NCBI GenBank assembly: GCA_001784435.1
Contig: MFQZ01000003.1
Coordinates: forward strand, 3,022-67,021
From: Candidatus Magasanikbacteria bacterium RIFOXYC2_FULL_42_28
GTDB taxonomy: Bacteria > Patescibacteriota > Patescibacteriia > Magasanikbacterales > GWA2-37-8
DNA length: 64,000 bases
Direction: 5' to 3'
The position numbers and the translations under genes were made by a program. A model generated the notes under the pieces. The model did not search any database. It had not been told where the DNA came from and saw only the letters and a list, made by a program, of their open reading frames with translations. This document shows, piece by piece, positions 38,480 to 48,200 of this stretch (its first letter is position 1; each line of letters starts with the position of its first letter).

Positions 38480-39535
38480 TTATTTAATACTATTTAAAAT
38501 TTTATCAAAAGCCACGGCGGCCTCCATATCCGACATTTGTTCAGGTGGTGATTTCATTAAAAACGGGCAGACACGGGAGGCTTCTTTTTGCCGGCCGCTA
38601 TCAACTAACAATTTTGCCACGCGAATAGCGTCCACCACCGTGCCGGCACCATTGATACTAATTTCATCTTCGATAACTGAAGTAATAGAAATAGGCGCGC
38701 GCCCGAATATCTCACCTTCAATTTTTAAATTAACAATCTTGTGGCCGGAGGGTTCACCGGTATAGTGAAATGTTACGGTTGGTTTAGCATCATCAGTATC
38801 TAAAAACTTGGTTAGGGCCTCGCGTTTGGATTTTTCTTTGGTTTGCGCGCGATAAAGCAAATTGTAATGGTCGGTATTGCCACCGCGATTCTCTTGTTCG
38901 GATTTAGTAACTTTTATTCCACGCATTTTAAGAAGTGATAATAAAAATCGATTTAACATGGTCGCGCCCAATTGACTCTTGGTATCATCGCCCAAAAGCA
39001 CCAACTTTTTATTTTCAAATTTAGCGCGCCATTTTGGAATCGTTACCAGTGGAGTAGGGATACAATTTATAAAACTACAACCCGCCTCTACGGCGGCTTC
39101 GGCATAAAAATACGTCACTTGGTCACTCCCGGTTGGAGCCAAATTAACCACAATATCGGTTTTGGAATTTTTTAAAATTTTCACGATATTCGCGACCGGC
39201 GATTCACTTTCAATCACAAAAGACCCTTTCATCTCATCAACCACACCGTCCAAGGTCGGCCCACGATGTACTACCGCGTCATATACCAAGGGATCGGCAA
39301 TTTTTTTAGTAACATTGGCACCGGCATAAATCGCCTCATGTAATTTTTTGCCAACTTTACGTTCGTCTACGTCAAAAGCCGCGACAAAATTAATGTCGGC
39401 CACGCGATACTTACCAATCAAAGGATGCGCGAGGCCAGTTATATCCTTTGGATTTTTGGTATAAAAAGCCACACCTTCAACTAACGCTTTGGTAAAACTA
39501 CCTACTCCGATAATCGCGACATTAATTTTTTTCAT
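38480..39535 (-). CDS. myo-inositol-1-phosphate synthase (archaeal/bacterial short type)
   Basis: N-terminal Rossmann KINVAIIGVGSFTKALVEG; overall length (351 aa) and central/C-terminal conservation consistent with the short MIPS form. Confidence 0.7.
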   Translation of the reverse strand: MKKINVAIIGVGSFTKALVEGVAFYTKNPKDITGLAHPLIGKYRVADINFVAAFDVDERKVGKKLHEAIYAGANVTKKIADPLVYDAVVHRGPTLDGVVDEMKGSFVIESESPVANIVKILKNSKTDIVVNLAPTGSDQVTYFYAEAAVEAGCSFINCIPTPLVTIPKWRAKFENKKLVLLGDDTKSQLGATMLNRFLLSLLKMRGIKVTKSEQENRGGNTDHYNLLYRAQTKEKSKREALTKFLDTDDAKPTVTFHYTGEPSGHKIVNLKIEGEIFGRAPISITSVIEDEISINGAGTVVDAIRVAKLLVDSGRQKEASRVCPFLMKSPPEQMSDMEAAVAFDKILNSIK

Positions 39536-39547
39536 AAACCAAAATAA

Positions 39548-40414
39548 TTATTTAATTACTTTTACCACAAAACGGTAATGGTGTTCGGGAACAGTTTTTT
39601 GGTCCCGTCCTAAATCAGTACAATCCACCAACTCCAATCCCTTTTCCGCAAAAACCTTACGCCAACCGTCCGGCGAATTAAAATTATACGGACAATTTAC
39701 CTTATCATGCAAAACACGATTATAAAACCAATCCAAAAATGTCTGCAGTTTGCGGTCTTGTTCCGATGTATAAACCGACTCAATCAAAATAATATTACCG
39801 TTATCATCAGTTACTCTAATGGCTTCGTCTAAAACTTTTTCCGGCTCATCACAATGGTGAAGCACGGTCAATAATAATGTGGTATCAGCAGAATTGTCCG
39901 GCCGAGGCAATTCTGTGCCGTTATATTCTACTAACGGCAAATCTGTCTTGTTGTAATCAATAACATCTAATAAAATTACCTCTTTACCTTGGCGGTCATG
40001 TATGGCCTCACCAACCTTGCCATCGCCAGCACCAACGTCATAAACCACATCACCAACGACAAAATCTTTTATTTGGCCAAATATCTTTTCCGCGCGGTCA
40101 ATTAATTTTTCAGCAATCTTTTCATTTAAACCGGCTTCACTCAATAATAATTTCAGTGACGTTTCTAATTGAACATCATCTGGCGCTTCTTCTCCGATTT
40201 TAATAATTTGTTCAACCAAATCTTGAGATTTATCATCATCAAGCCCTAAATGATCAAATAAATCTATCAAAAGCGAGCAAACATTCCCAACTACTTCTTT
40301 ATCTTTAAAAACATCCTTTGGGGTGTATTTGTTTGAAGGAATTAAATGTTTATATTCAGGACCTGGTTCAACACGTAAACCAGTATCACCGGCAAATGGT
40401 TTGGTTGCAGACAT
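39548..40414 (-). CDS. class I SAM-dependent methyltransferase with N-terminal extension
   Basis: Methyltransferase motif I VVYDVGAGDGKVGEAI and post-I acidic residue (LLDVID). The N-terminal 110 aa are unassigned. Confidence 0.55.
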   Translation of the reverse strand: MSATKPFAGDTGLRVEPGPEYKHLIPSNKYTPKDVFKDKEVVGNVCSLLIDLFDHLGLDDDKSQDLVEQIIKIGEEAPDDVQLETSLKLLLSEAGLNEKIAEKLIDRAEKIFGQIKDFVVGDVVYDVGAGDGKVGEAIHDRQGKEVILLDVIDYNKTDLPLVEYNGTELPRPDNSADTTLLLTVLHHCDEPEKVLDEAIRVTDDNGNIILIESVYTSEQDRKLQTFLDWFYNRVLHDKVNCPYNFNSPDGWRKVFAEKGLELVDCTDLGRDQKTVPEHHYRFVVKVIK

Positions 40415-40518
40415 AAATGAAAAAGGTTAAATTTTACTATATATATACTACCTTATTGGAAGAAAACAATCAACTGGCTCACTAACAAAAAACCGGCCAA
40501 TCGGCGCGGTTTTTTGAT

Positions 40519-40604
40519 TGGTGGTCCGAGTGGGAATCGAACCCACATGCCTTTTGAGCATGACATTTTAAGTGTCACGTGTATACCAGTTCCACCATCG
40601 GACC
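40519..40604 (-). tRNA. tRNA-Leu (anticodon UAA), CCA encoded
   Basis: The reverse complement folds as acceptor GGTCCGA/TCGGACC, D arm GTG-GAACTGGTATA-CAC, anticodon stem TGACA/TGTCA with loop CTTAAAA (anticodon TAA), 14-nt variable arm, T arm GTGGG-TTCGATT-CCCAC, discriminator A, CCA. Confidence 0.85.
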
Positions 40605-40607
40605 ATT

Positions 40608-41081
40608 TTAACCTCTTTTTTTATTTCTACCACGGTGAGTGGATTTTAAACTATGGCAATTTGGACACAAAACTCGTAAATTTTCCAATCGATTGTCGTG
40701 TCTATCTCCATTTATATGATCCAACTCTACCGGGATCCGACCGTCAATTGCTTTTTGCGCCCAACCACATTCTTCGCAAGCCGGTTTTTTTATTTTCACC
40801 GCGAATAATCTCTTCTTTAATTTAAAACTCTGAAAACGACTTCCTGAAACTAAAATACTCTCAAGAGAGAAAAGTGGTTCTCGAGGAACCTTTTTTCCCT
40901 TGCTCCAACCCATACCGGTAAAGTGCGCATTATCCAATTTCAAATCAGCGATATAATTCTTAACCTGCTCATAATTACCGCCCGCTTCGACTAACCCTAA
41001 TTTGCCAATGACCTGCCGAATACTAGTGGAATTTTTTACTGCTTTTTGTAATTGCTCAATTGTCCATTTTCTTTTTCTCAT
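40608..41081 (-). CDS. HNH homing-endonuclease-like protein (phage-type N-terminal DNA-binding module + HNH nuclease)
   Basis: C-terminal HNH motif ELDHINGDRHDNRLENLRVLCPNCHS. The N-terminal module (SIRQVIGKLGLVEAGGNYEQVKNYIADLKLDNAHFTGMGWSKGK) is typical of free-standing phage HNH endonucleases. Its stop is 4 nt from the tRNA-Leu(UAA) 5' end. Confidence 0.7.
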   Translation of the reverse strand: MRKRKWTIEQLQKAVKNSTSIRQVIGKLGLVEAGGNYEQVKNYIADLKLDNAHFTGMGWSKGKKVPREPLFSLESILVSGSRFQSFKLKKRLFAVKIKKPACEECGWAQKAIDGRIPVELDHINGDRHDNRLENLRVLCPNCHSLKSTHRGRNKKRG

Positions 41082-41374
41082 ATGTTACCCATTATAACAT
41101 ATGGTAGACAAATAAGCAATAGCATTCCTTTTGCTCTACCAAAATTCCCTCCACAGAGCTGCGAGTAGATTTGCGTGTTTTAGCTTCAAATAAAATGGCG
41201 AAAGCTCCACTCATAACAAAGAAATGTTAGGAGATGGGAGAGAGAATGCTTTAACTCATCTTATTCGGTTGAGACACCAATTCTATCGCAGCTCAATAGA
41301 GAGAACAGATACCATTGTAGACGATTTAAAAGTTATGTCAAGACACCTTATCTGTTGATAAGTGATTACAAATT

Positions 41375-41477
41375 GTCATCCCGATGAAAATCGGGATCTC
41401 TGTCTCAAACAATGTGTTAAATTGTGAAGATCCCGATTTTCATCGGGATGACAACCCCCACTACGACTCGCAATGAC
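41375..41477. repeat. large inverted-repeat (cruciform-capable) element built from the GTCATCCCGATGAAAATCGGGATC unit
   Basis: gtcatcccgatgaaaatcgggatctctgtc...(30 nt)...gatcccgattttcatcgggatgac forms a perfect 24-bp inverted repeat, then ...ctcgcaatgac. The left arm is identical to 10067-10096. Confidence 0.6.
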
Positions 41478-41479
41478 AA

Positions 41480-42022
41480 TTAAACGATTTCTTCTTCAAT
41501 ACTATTTTTAAAATTCACAAACCGCGCCGTCGCAAATAAATAATCACTCAACCGATTAAGATATTGATAAATTTCTGGACGCAATTTTGTTTCGCGTCCG
41601 AGCGTGACGAGTGCCCGTTCGGCCCGCCGGCAAATCGCGCGCGCCTTATGCAAACTCGCGGACGCTACGCACCCACCCGGTAAAATAAAATTTTTTAATT
41701 CCGGCAACTCACCCCATATTTTATCAATTTCTTTTTCTAATTCCAGAATTTGTGCGCTGTCAATTTTATCCAAACTCGCAGACACATTTTCATTTTGCGT
41801 GGCCGCTAATTCCGATCCGACTTTAAATAAATCCCGCGAAATCTTTCGCAAAAATTCCGCCGGCTCTGACGCGCCCAAAAGTGCCCGCGCCATCCCGAGT
41901 TCGGCGTTCAATTCGTCAATTTCGCCGATTACCATTAAACTAATACAATCCTTGTCGGTGCGCGCGCCGCCGAGGAGAGATGTTTGGCCGGTGTCGCCGG
42001 TTTTGGTGTAGATTTTGGTCAT
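41480..42022 (-). CDS. ATP:cob(I)alamin adenosyltransferase, PduO/MMAB type
   Basis: MTKIYTKTGDTGQTSLLGG N-terminus and overall 180-aa PduO-type fold signature. Confidence 0.8.
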   Translation of the reverse strand: MTKIYTKTGDTGQTSLLGGARTDKDCISLMVIGEIDELNAELGMARALLGASEPAEFLRKISRDLFKVGSELAATQNENVSASLDKIDSAQILELEKEIDKIWGELPELKNFILPGGCVASASLHKARAICRRAERALVTLGRETKLRPEIYQYLNRLSDYLFATARFVNFKNSIEEEIV

Positions 42023-42046
42023 ATACTTATATACTTAAACACATTT

Positions 42047-42778
42047 TTAAACTGCTGGCAACATATCCCAAATTAAATCAAAAACTGATTTAAAAACATC
42101 GGTCATCACCGGCACGGCCACCACTACCGCGAGCGAACTAAGCGCGGGGCTGACAATTAAAATCTTATCATCATAAATATCAATTGTACTGCGAAAATCA
42201 TATTGCGCGGGCAGATATTTCCAGTGGCGCAACAAATTTTTATCTTCTGGATTAATGGCGCCTGATTCCTGCGTGAGCAAAAGACGCGTCTTAATTCTAG
42301 CGCGTCCGCGTCGTTCACGAAAATTGATAAACCAAGAAGTATCTAATCCCTCCCAAGCGGTAGCACTGCCGATAACACAATAAGATTTATTTTTATACTC
42401 TTCCAAAATACCATTATAAAATATTTTTAACTCATCCAGAGTTTCAATAAACTGCAAACCGACGCACGTGGATTCATGTTTGCCGAGCATGGTTAACACC
42501 GGGATAACATTCACGAACGCGTCTAATTTGTTTTGGAATAAAGCCATTAACTTTTGAGGATTCTCCGCGTAATAAAACCGATGATTCTTGCGAAAATAAA
42601 TATTTACAAACCCACGTTGCGCGAGCGTTTGTAAAATCGGATAAACTGTGGTGCGTTTTATGCCAATTTCTCTGGCAATGACGCTGGCCTTAGAGCCACC
42701 CAAACGCGTTAAGGCCAAATATGCCTTAGCCTCAACCTGATCAAGCCCTAAATTTTCCAATATAGCCGCATTTTCCAT
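42047..42778 (-). CDS. TrmB-family transcriptional regulator
   Basis: N-terminal wHTH LGLDQVEAKAYLALTRLGGSKASVIAREIGIKRTTVYPILQTLAQRGFV; about 240 aa. Confidence 0.7.
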   Translation of the reverse strand: MENAAILENLGLDQVEAKAYLALTRLGGSKASVIAREIGIKRTTVYPILQTLAQRGFVNIYFRKNHRFYYAENPQKLMALFQNKLDAFVNVIPVLTMLGKHESTCVGLQFIETLDELKIFYNGILEEYKNKSYCVIGSATAWEGLDTSWFINFRERRGRARIKTRLLLTQESGAINPEDKNLLRHWKYLPAQYDFRSTIDIYDDKILIVSPALSSLAVVVAVPVMTDVFKSVFDLIWDMLPAV

Positions 42779-42946
42779 ACTGTTGATAACTGCTTAATTT
42801 TGTATGTCAAAATTTTACGACATTTTTTATATTTACTTATATTTTATTATATTTAAGCAAAATTGTCAAGTATCATAGTTAAAGATTATTGACATATATC
42901 TATAAATACCCTATGATAACTTGTTCTGTTTAATTGCTAAAACATT

Positions 42947-44305
42947 ATGAATGAACCAATAAATCCGCAAGAATTGTTCTCCGCTGAAATTATTAATTAC
43001 CCGGTGGACACGGAAAAATTAGGAAAAATAAATTATGTAAATCTGGATAACGCCGCCACCACTCCCCCGTTTAAGTGCGTGGAAGAGGGTGTTAAAAAAT
43101 ATCTGGAAAGCTACGGCTCGGTCCATCGTGGTGCAGGCGCTAAATCAATCGTATCCACGGACATTTACGAGCAAAGTCGCGAATATATCAAAACTTTTGT
43201 CAACGCACCTGCTGACTCTTATGTGATGTTTACCGGCAATACCACCGGCGCCATGAATATGGCCGCCTATTTCTTTTCCTTTATACCGGGAAAAATTTTA
43301 GTTTCAGAAATTGAACACAGTTCTTCTTGGTTGCCTTGGATAAAAAGCGAAGGCATAAAATTTGTCGGCAAGGAACGCTTACCGCTTGACGAATTAGAAA
43401 ACATCAATCAAAAAGTACAAAACCGCGGTCGGGAATATGTTTTACAATATCACATTAACGACCAATTTGAATTTGACTTGGAAACAATTGAGGAACAATT
43501 GCGCGAAAACCGCATCAAAGCCCTGGTGCTCACGGCCTCGTCAAATCTGACCGGCTATTGTCCGGATATTAAAAAAATCAGCACACTAACACACCGATAC
43601 GGCGCTTACCTGATAGTGGATGCCTGCCAATATCTGCAACATCACGAATTAGACATGACGGAATTGGGCATTGATTTCTTGGCCGCATCCGGACATAAAT
43701 TTTACGCTCCTTACGGCGGTGGATTCTTGATCGGCCCCAAAAAGTTTTTAGATAAATTTTTGCCTTATCAAATTGGCGGTGGTAATTTGCCATACATCAC
43801 GGACGGCGACGAATTTATTCGTTATCAAAATGTGCAAGCCCACGACCCGGGCACCCCTAACGCCGTTGGGGCAATCGCAATGGATCTAGCTTTAAAACAA
43901 CTACGCGAGTTAGGTTTTAATAATATCATCGCGCACGAACGGCATTTGACTCGCAAGGCATTTGAATACATGGCACAAAATCCAGCCATAAAACTATACA
44001 CGAACGACACTCACCTCAACACCGTAATCCCGTTCAATGCCATCGGACAATCAGCGACGGCGATCGCGGAAAAATTGAACAAACAATATGGCATCGGCGT
44101 GCGCGCCGGCAGTTTTTGTGTATACCACGTAGTCAGAAAATTATTAAAAATTGAGAACGAAAGTCAAATTGTGGCCGAAGTCAAAAACGGCAATACTGAT
44201 AATATTCCCGCTCTTGTCCGAATCTCTTTCGGGTTAGGCAATAACGAGGAAGATGTTGATCGATTGATTATGGCACTAAACGAATTAACCCAATCAAATA
44301 AATAA
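42947..44305 (+). CDS. aminotransferase class V-fold PLP-dependent enzyme (cysteine desulfurase/SufS-like)
   Basis: NLDNAATTPP near the N-terminus and a PLP-lysine region (AASGHKFYAPYGGGFL); 452 aa. Confidence 0.65.
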   Translation: MNEPINPQELFSAEIINYPVDTEKLGKINYVNLDNAATTPPFKCVEEGVKKYLESYGSVHRGAGAKSIVSTDIYEQSREYIKTFVNAPADSYVMFTGNTTGAMNMAAYFFSFIPGKILVSEIEHSSSWLPWIKSEGIKFVGKERLPLDELENINQKVQNRGREYVLQYHINDQFEFDLETIEEQLRENRIKALVLTASSNLTGYCPDIKKISTLTHRYGAYLIVDACQYLQHHELDMTELGIDFLAASGHKFYAPYGGGFLIGPKKFLDKFLPYQIGGGNLPYITDGDEFIRYQNVQAHDPGTPNAVGAIAMDLALKQLRELGFNNIIAHERHLTRKAFEYMAQNPAIKLYTNDTHLNTVIPFNAIGQSATAIAEKLNKQYGIGVRAGSFCVYHVVRKLLKIENESQIVAEVKNGNTDNIPALVRISFGLGNNEEDVDRLIMALNELTQSNK

Positions 44306-44309
44306 CACT

Positions 44310-45011
44310 ATGAAAAAAAGCCAATTTACGACAATCAAACCAACAGAATTAAACTATGAAAAATACGCTACTGAAAAATATGATGATGAAATCAAGAAAG
44401 TAATTCCCGGGTATAAAAAAATTCACCAAACCATTTATCAATACACACGAAAAATAAACAAAAAAACTACCAGCCACGTGCTCGACCTGGGCTGCGGTAC
44501 CGGCATCACCAGCGCGGTTATTCGACGCGCTCTCCCGACCGCTTATTTTGATTTAATTGATTTTTCTAGACAAATGCTGTCTGGAGCGAAAAGAAAATTG
44601 GGTAAAAACAGAGTCCGCTATTATTTAGGTGATTTGGCATTGTTTAAACCAAAAATAAAATATGACATTACCACTACTGTCATCGGATTGCATCATCAAA
44701 ATGATCGTGGCAAACAAAAAATATTTAAAATGACCTATAATAATCTTAACGGTGGTGGTATTTTTATTTATAGTGACTTGATGACATACCAAAATCTTAA
44801 TACAGCCGCTTATAACTCGGCCCGACATATCAGTCACCTGACAAAGAATTCAAAAAGTAAAAAGATGCTTACGGAGTGGGCTTACCACCATTTGTATTTA
44901 AACAAACTTACCACCGTTGAGCAACAAATAAGCTGGCTTAAAAAAACCGGCTTTAAAATAATTAAACGGCAGGATTTCTTTAATACGGTATTACTGATAT
45001 GTAGGAAATAA
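44310..45011 (+). CDS. class I SAM-dependent methyltransferase
   Basis: Motif I HVLDLGCGTGITSAVI; 5 nt downstream of the aminotransferase (likely an operon). Confidence 0.6.
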   Translation: MKKSQFTTIKPTELNYEKYATEKYDDEIKKVIPGYKKIHQTIYQYTRKINKKTTSHVLDLGCGTGITSAVIRRALPTAYFDLIDFSRQMLSGAKRKLGKNRVRYYLGDLALFKPKIKYDITTTVIGLHHQNDRGKQKIFKMTYNNLNGGGIFIYSDLMTYQNLNTAAYNSARHISHLTKNSKSKKMLTEWAYHHLYLNKLTTVEQQISWLKKTGFKIIKRQDFFNTVLLICRK

Positions 45012-45015
45012 AACA

Positions 45016-45052
45016 CCCTGACAAAATTTTGTCGGGGTGTTTTTTTGTGAAA
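45016..45052 (+). terminator. rho-independent terminator
   Basis: acaccctgacaaaattttgtcggggtgtttttttg: a 10-bp stem with one G-U pair, then T7. Confidence 0.55.
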
Positions 45053-45104
45053 CGAATTTTAGAGATTAAACTAGCGTTAAGGGATTCCTCCGCTCGCTAC
45101 GGCT

Positions 45105-45172
45105 CGGTCGGAATGACAGCGAGAGATTGCTTCCCGCCAGAGGCGGGCAGGCGTCTGCTTCTCGCAATGACA
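45105..45172. repeat. palindromic repeat element (GAGATTGC...CTCGCAATGAC family, reverse orientation) with internal cccgccagaggcgggc hairpin
   Basis: ggaatgacagcgagagattgcttcccgccagaggcgggcaggcgtctgcttctcgcaatgac. Confidence 0.6.
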
Positions 45173-45213
45173 ATCGCTAATTTTGATTTTTGATATTTAA
45201 TTTTTGATATTTT

Positions 45214-48200
45214 TTAACTGCACCCCGTCGTACTCCCACAATTCAAACACTTGTAACAACTTCCACTCCGAATAGTCATGTGCCCACAAGTTCCACACGG
45301 AGGCGCGTCGCCCATCATATTAGACAGCATCGCGTCGACGGCGGTAGTTTTTTTGCTGGCCGATGGCATTTTTGGCAAACTCATTTGGGCTTCGGCAATT
45401 TCTACTTGCTCGGATTCTTTTTTAACTAAACTGTCTGGCGTTTCCAATTCTAACGATGTCTGCGCCGTCGCCTCTTGGGCAATATGCGCCAACTGTTGAG
45501 CGCGGTTGCGTTGGATGCCGGTGGGTTTGACTTGGACAAAATCCGTTCGGCCTAAATATTCCATTCCGATGACGCGGAAAATAAAATCAATAATGGAAGT
45601 GGAAAATTTAACATTGGGGTGATCAGTCATGCCCGATGGCTCAAAGCGCGTAAAAGTAAATTTATCTACATATTCTTCTAGTGGCACGCCATATTGCAAA
45701 CCGGTAGAAATGGAAATGGCGAATAAATTTAACAAACTGCGGAACGACGCACCCTCTTTATACATATCGATAAACACCTCGCCTAATTTGCCGTCCGGGA
45801 ATTCGCCGGTGCGTAGGAATAGTTTTTGACCGCCAACTTTGGCTTTAATAGTCATACCACTGCGTTTGTAAGGCAACTTGCGTTGTTCGCCGTGGATGTA
45901 AACATGTTTGCCGTTGGAGGTGCCATCGTGGGCGTAATTTATTTGCATGTCTTCGGCATCAACGGCTTGTTGCCAATCGCCGTTGGCGAGTGCTCCCACC
46001 CCCTCTGCTTCTCCCCCTCGGGCAGGGGGAGACACCGCGACCGCGCCACCAACTACCGGGGCAACTTTCTCTTCAATTTTTTCTTCTTTTTTGCTTTCGG
46101 TTTTTTTGCTTTTGGCCGAAAGCGGTTGTGATAATTTACAACCGTCGCGATAAATTGCGTTGCATTTTAAGCCCAATTTCCACGAGGCCATGTAAGCGAT
46201 TTTGATATCCTCTACCGTCGCTTCGTTCGGCATATTAATTGTTTTGGAAATTGAACCGCACAAAAACGGTTGCACCGCGGCCATCATCCGGATATGACCA
46301 AGATAATGAATATAGCGCTGGCCTTTTTTGCCGTTCTTGTTGGCAGTATCAAACACCGCATAATGTTCCGAGCGTAAATGGGGCGCACCTTCAATCGTCA
46401 TCGCTCCGCAGACAAATTCGTTCGCTTCGGACACCTGTTCATCAGTAAATCCAAGCGCTTTTAACAAATTAAAATTGGGGTCATTGTATTGTTCGCTCGT
46501 GTAGCCCAATCGTTTTAGACATTCCTCTCCCAAAGTCCAAACATTAAATACAAAACCCATTTCAAACGCACCGAGCAAGGTCTTTTCAATTTTGGCAATA
46601 TCTTCATCAACAAAACCTTTAACTTTTAAACTTTCGGAGTTGATGTGCGGACAATTTTTTAGAGTGGCGCGGCCTTTTAGATAATCAGCAATGTCGTCAA
46701 TTTGTTTCTGATTATAACCCAAAGTTTTAAGCGCCATCGGGACGCTCTCATTCACAATTTTGAAATATCCGCCACCGGCTAATTTTTTAAATTTCACGAG
46801 CGCGAAATCCGGCTCCACGCCGGTGGTGGAACAATCCATCACAAGACCAATCGTTCCGGTCGGAGCCAGCAAAGTGGTTTGAGCGTTACGATAACCATAA
46901 CGCTCACCCATTTCTAACGCTTCATTCCACAAATTGCGCGCGGCCACGAGCAAATACGCGGGCGCAAATTCTTCAGAAATTCCAACCGGCTTAACAGCCA
47001 AAGATTCATATTCGTCATCAGAGGCGTTAAACGCGGCCCGACGATGATTGCGAATCACACGCAGCATTTCGGCGCGATTATGTTTGAATTTTGGAAATGG
47101 TCCTAAATTTTTCGCCATTTCGGCCGAGGTAATATATGATTGTGCGCCCATGATGGCCGTGACGGAACCGGCAAAAGCCAGGGCCTCGGGTGAGTCATAA
47201 GGAATACCAGCGGTCATAAGTACCGAACCAATATTGGCATAACCCAATCCCAAAGTGCGAAAATCATAACTACCTTGCGCAATTTCTTTACTGGGGAATT
47301 GTGCCATTAAAACACTTGTTTCCAAAACTACAGTCCAAAGACGCGTGGCATATTTAAAACCTTCAATATCAAAACTCGCGGTCTCGCTGTCATAAAAATG
47401 GGCAAGGTTAATAGAGGCGAGATTACAGGCAGTGTTGTCGATGAACATGTATTCACTGCAAGGATTACTCGCGTTAATCCGACCGGAATTCGGACAGGTG
47501 TGCCATTCATTAATGGTAGTATCATACTGCAACCCCGGATCGGCACATGACCAAGCCGAAGTGGCGATTTGTTCCCAAAGTGAGCGCGCGGGCAAAGTTT
47601 TACAAACCTTACCGCCGGTACGCCATTTTAAATTCCAGTCCGCGCCGGTTTCTACTGCTTCTAAATATTCTTGCGTAACGCGCACAGAGTTGTTGGAATT
47701 TTGACCGGACACAGTGTTATACGCTTCGCCTTCATAATGTGAATCATAGCCGGCCGCGACCATGGCCGCAACTTTCTTTTCTTCATTAACTTTCCAAATA
47801 ATAAATTCTTCAATATCCGGATGATCAACATCTAAAATTACCATTTTCGCCGCACGCCGAGTGGTACCGCCGGATTTAATCCCACCGGCCGCACGATCGC
47901 CGATTTTAAGCCAGCTCATTAAGCCCGATGATGTGCCACCACCGGATAACGGCTCGCCCCGTCCACGCAAAGCGGAAAAATTCGTGCCGGTACCGGAGCC
48001 ATATTTAAACAACCGCGCCTCGCGCACCCATAAATCCATAATACCACCTTCGTTGACCAAATCGTCGTTAACGGATTGGATAAAACAGGCGTGCGGTTGC
48101 GGATGAGTATAAGAATCTTCCGAACGAGTTAATACGCCGGTGTCAGGATTAATATAATAATGTCCTTGTGATGGCCCGTTAATTCCATACGCCCATTGCA

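Noticed and set aside
40519-40604. Group I intron within tRNA-Leu(UAA)
   Set aside because: The tRNA folds as a continuous 86-nt cloverleaf with an uninterrupted anticodon loop (CTTAAAA). Only the adjacent HNH gene hints at a past mobile element.
40514-40825. ORF 40514..40825 (+) MIGGPSGNRTHMPFEH...
   Set aside because: It overlaps tRNA-Leu(UAA) on the opposite strand and is antisense to the HNH gene. GNRTH is just the translated tRNA T-arm.
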